Of a DNA stretch of 64,000 nucleotides, positions 1 through 9,145 are shown piece by piece; the first letter of the stretch is position 1; every line of letters starts with the position of its first letter. Source of the DNA: an uncultured candidate division WWE3 bacterium (GTDB lineage: Bacteria; Patescibacteriota; WWE3; UBA101185; UBA10185); the NCBI GenBank assembly GCA_963765125.1, contig CAVXUZ010000004.1, forward strand, positions 128,792 to 192,791, given 5' to 3'. Under the pieces are notes generated by a model. That model searched no databases. It was given only the letters and a program-made list of their open reading frames with translations, and was not told the origin of the DNA. A program made the position numbers and the translations under genes.

Positions 1-1444
1 TCAATGCCATATTTAATAGATGTGTGGCTGTGTGATACCTGATTGTCTGCTCTGAGTGATCAGCAAGGCCACCTTCGAATTTCTGCGCAGCTCCAGAACG
101 AGACGTTTGCTGATGCTCTTCGAATTTTGCTGTAAAAAGCTTTTCAATTTCTGTGGTTTCAATTTCGGAATCAAACTCTTTGAGATCTTCGGAGTACATT
201 TCAAATGGGTATCCAAGAGATTGGTAAAGATCAAAAGCTAAATCCGCAAGCGCCTGAAAGTTGCGAGAACTAATCAACGCTGCAATTTTTTCAGAATTTT
301 TTGCAACTTCTTTTGCACCCTTTTCTAAAGTTTTTCTAAATTTCTCCTCTTCAACAGAAAACATTCCAGCAATGTTTTTTTCTTTCTCTAAAAGCGCTGG
401 GTAAATCCAAGAAAACATTTTTGCAACTACAGGAACGAGATTTACCGACACATCTTTTTCAAGCCCAAGCTTTCTTGCTACCCTAACCATTCTGCGCAGA
501 AGTCTGCGCAAGATATAACCTTGGTCTTTGTTGCTCGGTAAAACATTGTCCATTGCTAAAAAGGTTGCTGAGCGCATATGGTCAGCGAGCATTCTCATCG
601 ATTTTGTTATAGAAATATCAGATAAATATTTTTTACCGCTTAATTTCTCTAGTTCTTGTATGATTGGATAAAAATTATCTGTTTCGTAAATATCGTGTTT
701 GTTCTGTGAAACTAGTGCCATGCGCTCAAGTCCGCCGCCGAAATCCACATTTTTTTGTGGTAGTTCAACCCATCCGCTTTCTGCTCTTTTATACTGCATA
801 AAAACGGAGTTTCCTATTTCAATAAAGTCGTCTTGATGCTCGGCGGGGTTTAAACCAAAGCCTGTTCCTTCTTTTCCAATGTAATAAAATATTTCACTGT
901 CGGGGCCACCAAGCTCACCAACTGCCTCGCCTCTTTGCCACCAGTTATCTTTTTTTCCATATGTAAAAATTCTTTCATTCTCTTTTGCCTCTAACCCATA
1001 CTTTTTAAAAACGTTTTTTATAATTTCTATGGATTCTTCATCTTTAGGTGCGTCTTTGTCACCTTCAAAGACGGTGGCATATATTTTGTCAATCTCCAAC
1101 CCAAGTTCTTCTACTAAAAATTCGTAAACCCACAGAAGCTGTTCTTTTTTAAAGTAATCACCTAGGCTCCAATTTCCCATCATATGAAACGCGGTAGTAT
1201 GTCGATTAGTAACGCCAACATTTTCTAAATCCTCATTAAAGCGAAGGCATCGTTGAACATTCATAAGTCTTTTACCTAATGGATGAGGCTCTCCGGAAAG
1301 GTACGGCACGAGCGGAAACATTCCAGAATTTACATACAAGAGGGTCGGATCGTTTTCTGGCACGAGTGAAACGTTAGGAACAAGTTTATGGCCTCTTTTT
1401 TCGTAAAACTTTATGAATTTTTCTATTATCTCTTTAGATTGCAT
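1..1444 (-). CDS. alaS: Alanine--tRNA ligase (runs off the left edge; absent from the ORF track)
   Basis: Manual translation of both ends from ATG 1444: MQSKEIIEKFIKFYEKRGHKLVPNVSLVPENDPTLLYVNSGMFPLVPYLSG...HTTAFHMMGNWSLGDYFKKEQ. Editing-domain motif RYHTATHLL lies in the same frame near base 1. Confidence 0.95.
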   Translation of the reverse strand, partial: MQSKEIIEKFIKFYEKRGHKLVPNVSLVPENDPTLLYVNSGMFPLVPYLSGEPHPLGKRLMNVQRCLRFNEDLENVGVTNRHTTAFHMMGNWSLGDYFKKEQLLWVYEFLVEELGLEIDKIYATVFEGDKDAPKDEESIEIIKNVFKKYGLEAKENERIFTYGKKDNWWQRGEAVGELGGPDSEIFYYIGKEGTGFGLNPAEHQDDFIEIGNSVFMQYKRAESGWVELPQKNVDFGGGLERMALVSQNKHDIYETDNFYPIIQELEKLSGKKYLSDISITKSMRMLADHMRSATFLAMDNVLPSNKDQGYILRRLLRRMVRVARKLGLEKDVSVNLVPVVAKMFSWIYPALLEKEKNIAGMFSVEEEKFRKTLEKGAKEVAKNSEKIAALISSRNFQALADLAFDLYQSLGYPFEMYSEDLKEFDSEIETTEIEKLFTAKFEEHQQTSRSGAAQKFEGGLADHSEQTIRYHTATHLLNMAL

Positions 1445-1448
1445 ATTT

Positions 1449-1523
1449 TGGAGGCCTGGACGAGAATCGAACTCGTGAGTAGAAGTTTTGCAGACTCCCG
1501 CCTTCCCACTTGGCTACCAGGCC
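1449..1523 (-). tRNA. tRNA-Cys(GCA)
   Basis: Reverse complement GGCCTGGTAGCCAAGTGGGAAGGCGGGAGTCTGCAAAACTTCTACTCACGAGTTCGATTCTCGTCCAGGCCTCCA: cloverleaf, GCA anticodon, TTCGA T-loop, encoded CCA. Confidence 0.95.
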
Positions 1524-1615
1524 TTAATACTGACCTTTTACGGTCTAGCTACAATTGCTATTTTAGCATTATCGTGCTAATTTACACATGTAAATTTCCT
1601 GCCTGACTTAATTAT

Positions 1616-2912
1616 ATGTCAATTTCAACACTACAAACGTTGCAGATGACGCCTACGCCAAAAAGCAACGGTTCCAAAAAAATAATCATAGGCGTTCTAG
1701 CAATTATAATTGCTATTACATTGAGTATTCTTCGGTAAAAATATTTTTGGCTCAATAAAAAAAATCGGCGCAAAATCAGCCCTTATGATTGATGTTAGCA
1801 GCGGCCGTGCTGAGGTTTTCATAAACGGCGAGAATTTAGGTGTAACCCCTTACGAATCGCAAGATATTAAACCTGGTTCAAATAAAGTAACTTTAAAATC
1901 TACAAACAGACAGTACGAAACAAATATTAACTTTCTCTCAACAAGCGACAAATATATACATAAAGTAGGTGTTTTTAGAGATCTTGGCATCTCTGACCTT
2001 TTCTCAAGCGGGCAGGATGTTTGGTTTGATGAAGACACAACTGATACGGTTCTTCGAGTTATTTCTGAACCATCGGGTGCAACGGTATACATAGACACTA
2101 CAGAAATCGGTAAAACCCCGTTCACGTCTAGCAAATTAACTGAGGGCGATTACGACATTAGAATTGAGAAAGTCGGTTACGAAGGTCAAAAAACTAGAGT
2201 ACATGTGCAAAAAGGCTATACATCAAACCTTTCTGTAAAACTATTTCCTATGCCAGTTCCTGCAAGAGTAAGCCCGTTTGCAGGTTCAACAAGCCTCTAC
2301 GACATTTCTTTAGATAACACGCAAGTTGTAACCGATACACAGACGTGGGCAAAAGGTGTTGTGTACTGGAATCAAACAAGAGGAATAAATCTTGAAAGCG
2401 TTGGAATAAACAAAGAATTAGTTTTTGACTACCTAATAGACTACAAGGGAACAATATACGACAATCTCGGAAATCTTGTTTTAGACGACACCGAGCTTCA
2501 AAAAATTAAAAAAGACGGCAGGGGCGCTTACATGGGAAGGGTATCTGACGGGCTAGGCTTGTCTGAGGGCGCAAAAGAAGCGTTAGCCAAAATAAACGGT
2601 TCAAAAGTAGAAACCGCCGGTGCAGTTACAGAAGAAAATATGGTTGAAATTCTTGATACGGGTCTAGGTTGGTTAAGAGTTAGAAACGAACCAACTACAT
2701 CAGGCACCGAAGTTGGAAAAGTTGATGTTGGTAAGAAATACGCAGTTATTGAAGAACAGGCTGAGTGGGTAAAAATAAAAGCCTCTGATACTCTAGAGGG
2801 CTGGGTTTCTAGCCGTTATACAAAAAAGGTTACCCCTACTACAGCTCCGGTCACTGATGGTACCGTAGACACCGCCGCAACTGACGGTACTGGCGCAACA
2901 ACCAACCAATAA
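1616..2912 (+). CDS. Membrane-anchored PEGA-domain protein with C-terminal SH3b domain; +1 frameshift near 1724
   Basis: PEGA motifs (VISEPSGATVYID...GKTP; IEKVGYE) and SH3b motif (WLRVRNEP...GWVS). An N-terminal TM segment from ATG 1616 joins the 1785 frame if one base at about 1722-1724 is removed. Confidence 0.75.
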
Positions 2913-3512
2913 TTACCTAAAAGATTCGTGCCACTCAATAACGTCAGGGCGTAAATTGGTCGCCATTGCTTTTGTTAATTCGTAATCCTGCATTAGTCCT
3001 AACTTCTTTTCGTAAGTTGCAACATCTACTAGAATTCCCAAATCGTTATAGTAAGTATTTTTAAGTTTTAAGAAGTATACGCGTGCAACTTTTATTTTTT
3101 CTTCGCGATTTGGATTGGTGATTTCTTCATCGGTGCCCTCCTTACCAATCCAGAAATAATAGAGAGGAATTATATTTCTCAAAGTCGCGAGGTTTTTTGG
3201 GTTTTTACTTTCAGATTCAAGAAGTAAACTTAGTATGGAACCCTCGATCTTTTCGATTTCAGCCTCTTTAACTAATATTCTTTTTGCGTCTAGTATCTTT
3301 ATTTTTTGCCTAAAATATTGAGGCTCGTTACTATTTGACGAAATTGACTTGTTTATCTCCTTAAGAGAATTCTCGATCTCACCATTTTCTAGTTTGTACT
3401 TCGCACTCGCAAAATACATATCGGCGATAAACAGGTTTAAAACCACACTTAGAAAGTAGAAATAGCCGACTGGCACTAATAGTAGTAGAAATGCTCTTTT
3501 CACTACACTCAT
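2913..3512 (-). CDS. Hypothetical protein, N-terminal TM plus TPR-like helices
   Basis: ORF track; ADMYF...helical repeats resemble the C-terminal extension of CPR O-antigen-ligase-family proteins. Confidence 0.6.
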   Translation of the reverse strand: MSVVKRAFLLLLVPVGYFYFLSVVLNLFIADMYFASAKYKLENGEIENSLKEINKSISSNSNEPQYFRQKIKILDAKRILVKEAEIEKIEGSILSLLLESESKNPKNLATLRNIIPLYYFWIGKEGTDEEITNPNREEKIKVARVYFLKLKNTYYNDLGILVDVATYEKKLGLMQDYELTKAMATNLRPDVIEWHESFR

Positions 3513-3536
3513 TATAGTGAATATATATAAAAAGTT

Positions 3537-4739
3537 TTATTGAGAAGTTTCTTTAGAGTCCAAATACGCAAGCCACATCCAAAATAGTAGGGCAGTTGAA
3601 ACCGTCGGCCAGCCAAAAATGTTTGTCACTGCAAAGCCAAAAAACCCTGCTTTTAGATAGACGTCGCTGCTTTTTAAATATTTGAGAATAATGAATAAAT
3701 AGGCTAGAAGGGCGAATACGCCAGATTCAACAGCTATTTCAAGAAAGTAATTATGAGGCTTATTTAATATAAAATCCCATTCCGACGAGTAGTTTAAAAT
3801 ATCTTCTCTAAAGAATGGATACTCGTAAGGAAAATTTTCAGGCCCTATACCGAGTAATACATTTTTTGGTGATGAAATAAACATTTTTGCACTACCCTTC
3901 CAAAGTCCTGTTCTAATCAAGCCAGAGTCTGATATGTTATAACTTTTTTGATCGCCGCTTAGATTTATCGCGTCGAGCACACGCTCCTTAAAAGGAGTAA
4001 GCATTAACCCAACCAACAATAAAACGGTAAATCCGGTAACAAAGGCTATTTTGATACTTTTTTTAATTTTTAGGCTCAATGCTACCACAGCCACCGCTGC
4101 AATAAATCCAAGCATTCCAGAAATTGACCGCGTTAAAAATAGACACCCAATTGATAAAACAACAAATAAAAACCAAAAGTATTTTTTGTATTTCTCTTTT
4201 TCAATAATAAAAAATCTTACAACCAGAGGTATACACATCACTAAGTATGCTGCTAACCAATTTGGTTGCCCAAAAGTAGAAAAAACCCGCGCGGTATCAA
4301 AAGCTTGAAAAATACCAAACAAGCTAATCGGCAAAACTCCCAAGGCAGCTGCTTCTAATAACACATTCATTTTTTCTTTATTAAAAAGATTAATGGCAAC
4401 TACGTATATTCCAAAAAAGATTAGGTAAGAAACTAAGCCACCATTAAATCTTGTGTAATACCCCCAAAGAGACGTGTGTAAATGGTTTGAAAATATAGTG
4501 GAAATTATTACTGTAGTAATAAAAATAGATATAGGTAAAGAAGGTTTTTTAAAATCACCAAACCCAAATAACAACCCTCTTAATAAATAGACGGTAATAA
4601 TCGTGGCACCAACAAAGTAGATAAAGTACATCTTCGGAAATTCGTAAACCTCAGAGGCTCCGAGACTAAACAGGAGCGGTGTTACAAATAACATTCCGAT
4701 AAAGAGAAAAAATAGTGTCTTAAATAAATTTTTTTTCAT
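3537..4739 (-). CDS. O-antigen ligase (Wzy_C) family membrane protein
   Basis: Multi-TM; RVFSTFGQPNWLAAYL, LGIGPENF, KPHNYFLE. Confidence 0.85.
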   Translation of the reverse strand: MKKNLFKTLFFLFIGMLFVTPLLFSLGASEVYEFPKMYFIYFVGATIITVYLLRGLLFGFGDFKKPSLPISIFITTVIISTIFSNHLHTSLWGYYTRFNGGLVSYLIFFGIYVVAINLFNKEKMNVLLEAAALGVLPISLFGIFQAFDTARVFSTFGQPNWLAAYLVMCIPLVVRFFIIEKEKYKKYFWFLFVVLSIGCLFLTRSISGMLGFIAAVAVVALSLKIKKSIKIAFVTGFTVLLLVGLMLTPFKERVLDAINLSGDQKSYNISDSGLIRTGLWKGSAKMFISSPKNVLLGIGPENFPYEYPFFREDILNYSSEWDFILNKPHNYFLEIAVESGVFALLAYLFIILKYLKSSDVYLKAGFFGFAVTNIFGWPTVSTALLFWMWLAYLDSKETSQ

Positions 4740-4764
4740 GCTATCATTAATTTAGGTCCTGCCT

Positions 4765-5325
4765 ATGATATCAAGAACCTTAATCAGATTAATAGATCAA
4801 GCAATAGTACCCGCCATACTTCTTTTGTGTGCAAGAATCACATCAGTAATAATGGTGAGCTACTTCAATAATATTGCATTTGGTGTTGATGGAACAGGAT
4901 TTGTTTTTAAAACACAAGAAGACTACATTTTTGTAAATTCCTACTCAACAGTGGCAATGATCGTCATTCTTGGTGTTGGTCTGCTTTATATCCTACTTAA
5001 AGCCTTTTTATTTCACGACACTCATATCAGTCCAAACCTTACAGCAAAGCTTTTTCACTATAAAGTAACTTCATTGATTCAAAGCTCTTTTGAACTATAT
5101 TCTCAAGGCGTTATCTGGATGTGCTATCTTTATTTAATTTCTGCAGTTACACTTATTCTGGCTATTACGGGGCTCATATATAGCTGGGTACTTTGGTTTG
5201 GTGTAGTACTAAGTATAATTTCTACAGCAGTATTAATTTTTGATATTGAAAATGAGCTAGAAATAAAACAGCACGAGGGGGAGTACATTGAAGACGAGTC
5301 TCCTGCTGAGGCTGTTGCTAAATAA
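4765..5325 (+). CDS. Hypothetical 4-TM membrane protein
   Basis: 186-aa ORF with hydrophobic segments. Confidence 0.7.
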   Translation: MISRTLIRLIDQAIVPAILLLCARITSVIMVSYFNNIAFGVDGTGFVFKTQEDYIFVNSYSTVAMIVILGVGLLYILLKAFLFHDTHISPNLTAKLFHYKVTSLIQSSFELYSQGVIWMCYLYLISAVTLILAITGLIYSWVLWFGVVLSIISTAVLIFDIENELEIKQHEGEYIEDESPAEAVAK

Positions 5326-5326
5326 T

Positions 5327-5533
5327 ATGTTACACGAAGACTTAAACTTATTTGGAAAAATAGTTGTAAACACAATGATGGTTGCTTTACTCTGGGCGAT
5401 ACTAGTTCTGCCAGCAAGCACGTTTTCTCTTTTACGATTTGAAAGTGGAAACAGCGCAGATGTTTTAGGCGCGCAAGATACCAGAGTTGTAGGCGTTATA
5501 ATAGACGGCGTGGAATACTTGGTAATCGAGTAA
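5327..5533 (+). CDS. Small hypothetical membrane protein (68 aa)
   Basis: ATG 1 nt after the upstream stop; one TM segment followed by a DVLGA motif. Confidence 0.6.
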   Translation: MLHEDLNLFGKIVVNTMMVALLWAILVLPASTFSLLRFESGNSADVLGAQDTRVVGVIIDGVEYLVIE

Positions 5534-6481
5534 CTAACTCATCGCCGGTAAGGCATATAAAACAAACAGCGCAAAAGCCCCCCAAAGTAACACTGACAAT
5601 AAAAGCGGTAAATCACTTAGTAGTACCCTATCTGGGGACTCTCCCTCTTGTTTTTCATAAATAACATAGAGATAACGCGCAACACCATAAATAACAATTG
5701 GTATAGAAAGCATCATCCACTTTGGACTTCTTAAAATTGATGGTAGAAAAGACGAAAGCGTGTGGCTAAATGTTTCTGGTGAAATCTGAAAAACAAACAG
5801 TGAATACGTAATTATCGAGTATGTCGCTGACATCGAAATCATGCTATCTAATAAATTATCTGGGTAATGACGAAGCGTACTTCTTGTCTCACCTTCTTTT
5901 TCTAATCCTAAATATTTTGCGACAAGTGTTTTTTCTGAACGTCTTTTACCGAATGCTAGGAGGAGTGAAACCCCAATCGTTGCAAGTGTTAACCACGATG
6001 AAACCGAGGTGTCTGAGGCAAACCCACCTGCAAAAACTCTGGTTACAAATAGCGCGGCAATTGTTAGAGAATCCAAAATAATTATGTTTTTAATCCAAAG
6101 TGTGTAAAGAATTTGAATTAGAATGTAAGCGATAAGCGCGAATGCGAAAAATGTCCCGATATTGTAAATGGAATATACTATCGCTCCAAACACTAAAATA
6201 AATGCAACAGTCCAAGCAACCGACTCTTTTAACTTGCCAGAAGCCAATGGACGATTCTTTTTTATTGGGTGAAGTCTATCCTTTGGAGCGTCAATAATGT
6301 CGTTAATAAAATATGCGGCCGATGAAATCGCACAAAAAGCTATGAATGCCTTAACCGAGGCGGAAAATACTGCGGGTTGAAACAAATTTCCAAAAAATAA
6401 AGGTGCGGCAAATACACTAAAGTTTTTTACCCACTGCCTAGGTCGTGCTGTTCTTAATATTTGGTAAAGGGTCCCAATCAT
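5534..6481 (-). CDS. UbiA-family prenyltransferase (decaprenyl-phosphate phosphoribosyltransferase-like)
   Basis: RPRQWVKN and YFINDIIDAPKDRLHPIKKNRPLASG motifs. Start corrected to ATG 6481, with TATACT 6 nt upstream. Confidence 0.9.
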   Translation of the reverse strand: MIGTLYQILRTARPRQWVKNFSVFAAPLFFGNLFQPAVFSASVKAFIAFCAISSAAYFINDIIDAPKDRLHPIKKNRPLASGKLKESVAWTVAFILVFGAIVYSIYNIGTFFAFALIAYILIQILYTLWIKNIIILDSLTIAALFVTRVFAGGFASDTSVSSWLTLATIGVSLLLAFGKRRSEKTLVAKYLGLEKEGETRSTLRHYPDNLLDSMISMSATYSIITYSLFVFQISPETFSHTLSSFLPSILRSPKWMMLSIPIVIYGVARYLYVIYEKQEGESPDRVLLSDLPLLLSVLLWGAFALFVLYALPAMS

Positions 6482-6535
6482 TATGTAAGTATATGTTGGG
6501 TAAGCTTTTGGCGCAAACGCTGGGGTTGGCATAAA

Positions 6536-6564
6536 TTGACCAAAACCAAAGTCTGTAATACAAT
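6536..6564 (+). promoter_or_regulatory. Sigma70-type promoter TTGACC-N17-TACAAT
   Basis: Near-consensus boxes upstream of an SD-led small ORF. Confidence 0.65.
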
Positions 6565-6602
6565 CCCAAGCAACACAGACTGATGGGAAAGGAGTATTGA
6601 TC

Positions 6603-6826
6603 ATGTTTACACCTACATTTTTTTTTGGTGATACGGTCCTTTGGACACTCGGTGACGGCTCAAAAATCAAGTGCCGTGTCTTCTCTGGGGATAAACGAGA
6701 TTGCTGGAGGAATTGATTTTGCAACGCTTAATTGATATAAAAACTCTGGAGGATTGTCCAGAGCGAGACATTAAGAAGGGTGAGAACTTTGTTGGCGTTA
6801 GCAGGGAAAGTTTAAGTATTCTTTGA
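6603..6826 (+). pseudogene. Small SD-led gene: a 37-aa ORF, or about 74 aa with one frameshift
   Basis: AAAGGAG upstream of ATG 6603; MFTPTFFFGDTVLWTLGDGSKIKCRVFSGDKRDCWRN* ends at 6716. The -1 frame stays open from 6695 to TGA 6826. Confidence 0.5.
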
Positions 6827-6834
6827 AGCAAGTT

Positions 6835-6864
6835 GGTGCTGAATTATACAAATTTTTCAGCACC
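6835..6864. terminator. Hairpin terminator between convergent genes
   Basis: GGTGCTGAA...TTCAGCACC followed by a T-run on the + strand. Confidence 0.7.
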
Positions 6865-6871
6865 TATTTTT

Positions 6872-7543
6872 TTACTCTGCACAAAATTTATAACCAAACC
6901 CGTAAACTGTTTTAATAAGTTTCTTTTTAAAAGGCTTGTCTATTTTATCTCTCAAATTTTTCATATTTACTTCTAAGGTGTTTGAAAATGTTTCGATGCC
7001 ATAATCCCAAGCGTTTTCTAAAAGCTGCTCTTTACTGATTACATTATTTTTATTAAGCATTAAACAATACAAAATATCGTATTCTTTTCGTCTGAGTGAT
7101 ATTTTTGTTTTTTGTCTACTTGCCTCTTTGGTTTTTGTATTAAGTGATAAATCACCAACCCGTAAAATTTCGTCGTGAGAGATTTTTTGAGATCTACTAA
7201 TTAACACTCTTAAATAGGCTTTTAGCTCCAATTCGTTAACAGGCTCTGCTAGCACTGCGTCAGCTCCGCAATCGAGCGTTTTAAGTCTCGTTTCTAGGTC
7301 TGCTTCTTTTTGTAATATTAAAATGGGAACTTCTTTGTTATGCTCTCTGGTTTGCTTACAAAAATCAGGCTCTGTGATGTCTTTTAACCCTGATTCTAGG
7401 ACTATGGCCGAGTATTCATTAGCCTGTGATAGATAGGCCCCTTCTTCTCCGTTGTTTGCAACGTCTACGATGTAGTGATCGTCGATGCCCGCTCTAAGCT
7501 TTTGCAACGACTCTATGTCATTGTCCACCAAAAGTATTCTCAT
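6872..7543 (-). CDS. OmpR/PhoB-family response regulator with a degenerate receiver domain
   Basis: Receiver plus winged helix (NTLEVNMKNLRDKID...IKTVYGFGY). Confidence 0.9.
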   Translation of the reverse strand: MRILLVDNDIESLQKLRAGIDDHYIVDVANNGEEGAYLSQANEYSAIVLESGLKDITEPDFCKQTREHNKEVPILILQKEADLETRLKTLDCGADAVLAEPVNELELKAYLRVLISRSQKISHDEILRVGDLSLNTKTKEASRQKTKISLRRKEYDILYCLMLNKNNVISKEQLLENAWDYGIETFSNTLEVNMKNLRDKIDKPFKKKLIKTVYGFGYKFCAE

Positions 7544-7586
7544 AAATACCTTATAGGCAGGTTATGGCAGCATTGTTAATTAATTA

Positions 7587-9125
7587 TTAACTATTTTCTA
7601 TTTGGGCAGAGTTCTTAACGTCACTGTTTTTTCTCATTTTAAAACTTATATTCAAAATTATTATCACGAACATCACAACGCCTGCTAGGCTTAAACCAAT
7701 TTGAACTGTAAATTTGTCTGCAGTTAGATATCCCAGTGTTCCAAAAAATGCGGTTGTAAGCCAATAAAATATTGCAATTTTTCTTATACTCCACCCTCTG
7801 TTTAGCAATATATGATGAAGATGTCCACGATCTCCTTTAAGAGGATTTTTCTTTTCGAAGATTCTTCGCAATACTGTTACAAACGCATCTAAAAATGGAA
7901 TGAGAATAATAATCGCTGAGGTAATAATTTTACTACTTATCAAAATTGAGAGTGTCGAAAGTACTAGCCCCGCGCTCATCGCACCAAACCCCCACATTAT
8001 TTTTGATGGGTACCACGTATATTTTACAAAACCCAAACTTAAACCAACTGAAATAGCAGCAAGTATTGCAACTCTTTTGTCTACGAGTTCGAGAGGTACA
8101 AATCTAAGCGCTAATAAAATTAAAAGAAAGCTTGCAATACCAACTATTCCTGCGTATTGACCGTCTATACCATTCGACCACGAAAGAACATTTAACACCC
8201 ATACAACCCATACTGTAGTAAGAAGAGCAGATAACAAATCTGAGCTAATTGAAAAAACACCGCCGAGTGGGCTAGATACTGCAAAAATTCTCGTACCAAG
8301 CAGGGATACTAAAGATACAATTAAAAACAGGGCGCCGAGCCTGATAAATGGGTTTTCGAATAATCTAAGTTTTGTTTCTGGGTGGGTGTTTTGATAATCA
8401 TCGATAATTCCTAAGATAGATATTAAAAATAGAGCAAGATAAAATGCGAGCAAGTACGGAGGAAATCCTACGTAAATTCCTGCCATTATTAAAAACATAA
8501 TTCCATAGATAAAACCGCCACCTCTTGCAGACGGTTCTGCGAGCAACATTCCTGGATGGTCGTGAAGCGACGGACTCGTTACAAGATCTTTGTCGTGAGC
8601 ATAATTTATAAATCTTGGCAAAATAAAGCTTACACCTATAAATGCAACAAGAGCAGGAATAATGAGATCGAGATAAAGCGGGTTTATAAAAGGCTCAAAT
8701 GGTTTTGACGCTAAAAAGATAATTCGCAACAGTGAATAAGATAAAAGCAGGTTTGCAGAAATTGTTATATACCCTACAAGACTAATGCTGTGACGTACAA
8801 AGTATCTTTTTAGCGGAATCATAAGACCTAGCCCAACAAGCGTTATAAACGCGCTTATAACAGGTAGGAAATATAAAAACTGCTTTTGACCAAACTGAAT
8901 GTCCCCCCACGTGCGCGTGTACCAAAAAGGAACTAAGTCATTTACATACTCAAATCTCAAATTTAGATAAAAAACCTGAAAAATCACCAACAATGCATTT
9001 ACCAAAAAGATTGAGAAAATGCTGTCAGAGAAACGTTTGTTTAAGTCTGCTATTGTGGAGCTGAGCTTTGATGAAAACTTTGAGTAGTTTGTGCTACTTT
9101 TTATTGATTTTATAATACCTACCAT
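7587..9125 (-). CDS. WecA/TagO-like (MraY family) phospho-sugar transferase with extra N-terminal membrane domain
   Basis: GIIDD, SNGIDGQ, DRGHLHHILL. Confidence 0.85.
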   Translation of the reverse strand: MVGIIKSIKSSTNYSKFSSKLSSTIADLNKRFSDSIFSIFLVNALLVIFQVFYLNLRFEYVNDLVPFWYTRTWGDIQFGQKQFLYFLPVISAFITLVGLGLMIPLKRYFVRHSISLVGYITISANLLLSYSLLRIIFLASKPFEPFINPLYLDLIIPALVAFIGVSFILPRFINYAHDKDLVTSPSLHDHPGMLLAEPSARGGGFIYGIMFLIMAGIYVGFPPYLLAFYLALFLISILGIIDDYQNTHPETKLRLFENPFIRLGALFLIVSLVSLLGTRIFAVSSPLGGVFSISSDLLSALLTTVWVVWVLNVLSWSNGIDGQYAGIVGIASFLLILLALRFVPLELVDKRVAILAAISVGLSLGFVKYTWYPSKIMWGFGAMSAGLVLSTLSILISSKIITSAIIILIPFLDAFVTVLRRIFEKKNPLKGDRGHLHHILLNRGWSIRKIAIFYWLTTAFFGTLGYLTADKFTVQIGLSLAGVVMFVIIILNISFKMRKNSDVKNSAQIENS

Positions 9126-9145
9126 AAGATACCGGTAACAACATA

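Noticed and set aside
13-1606. Short ORFs 13..234, 56..241 and 1388..1606
   Set aside because: Shadows of alaS and tRNA-Cys.
6482-6724. N-terminal extension of the UbiA ORF
   Set aside because: Family homology starts at 6481 with a leaderless -10 box; the + strand has its own promoter, SD and ORF.
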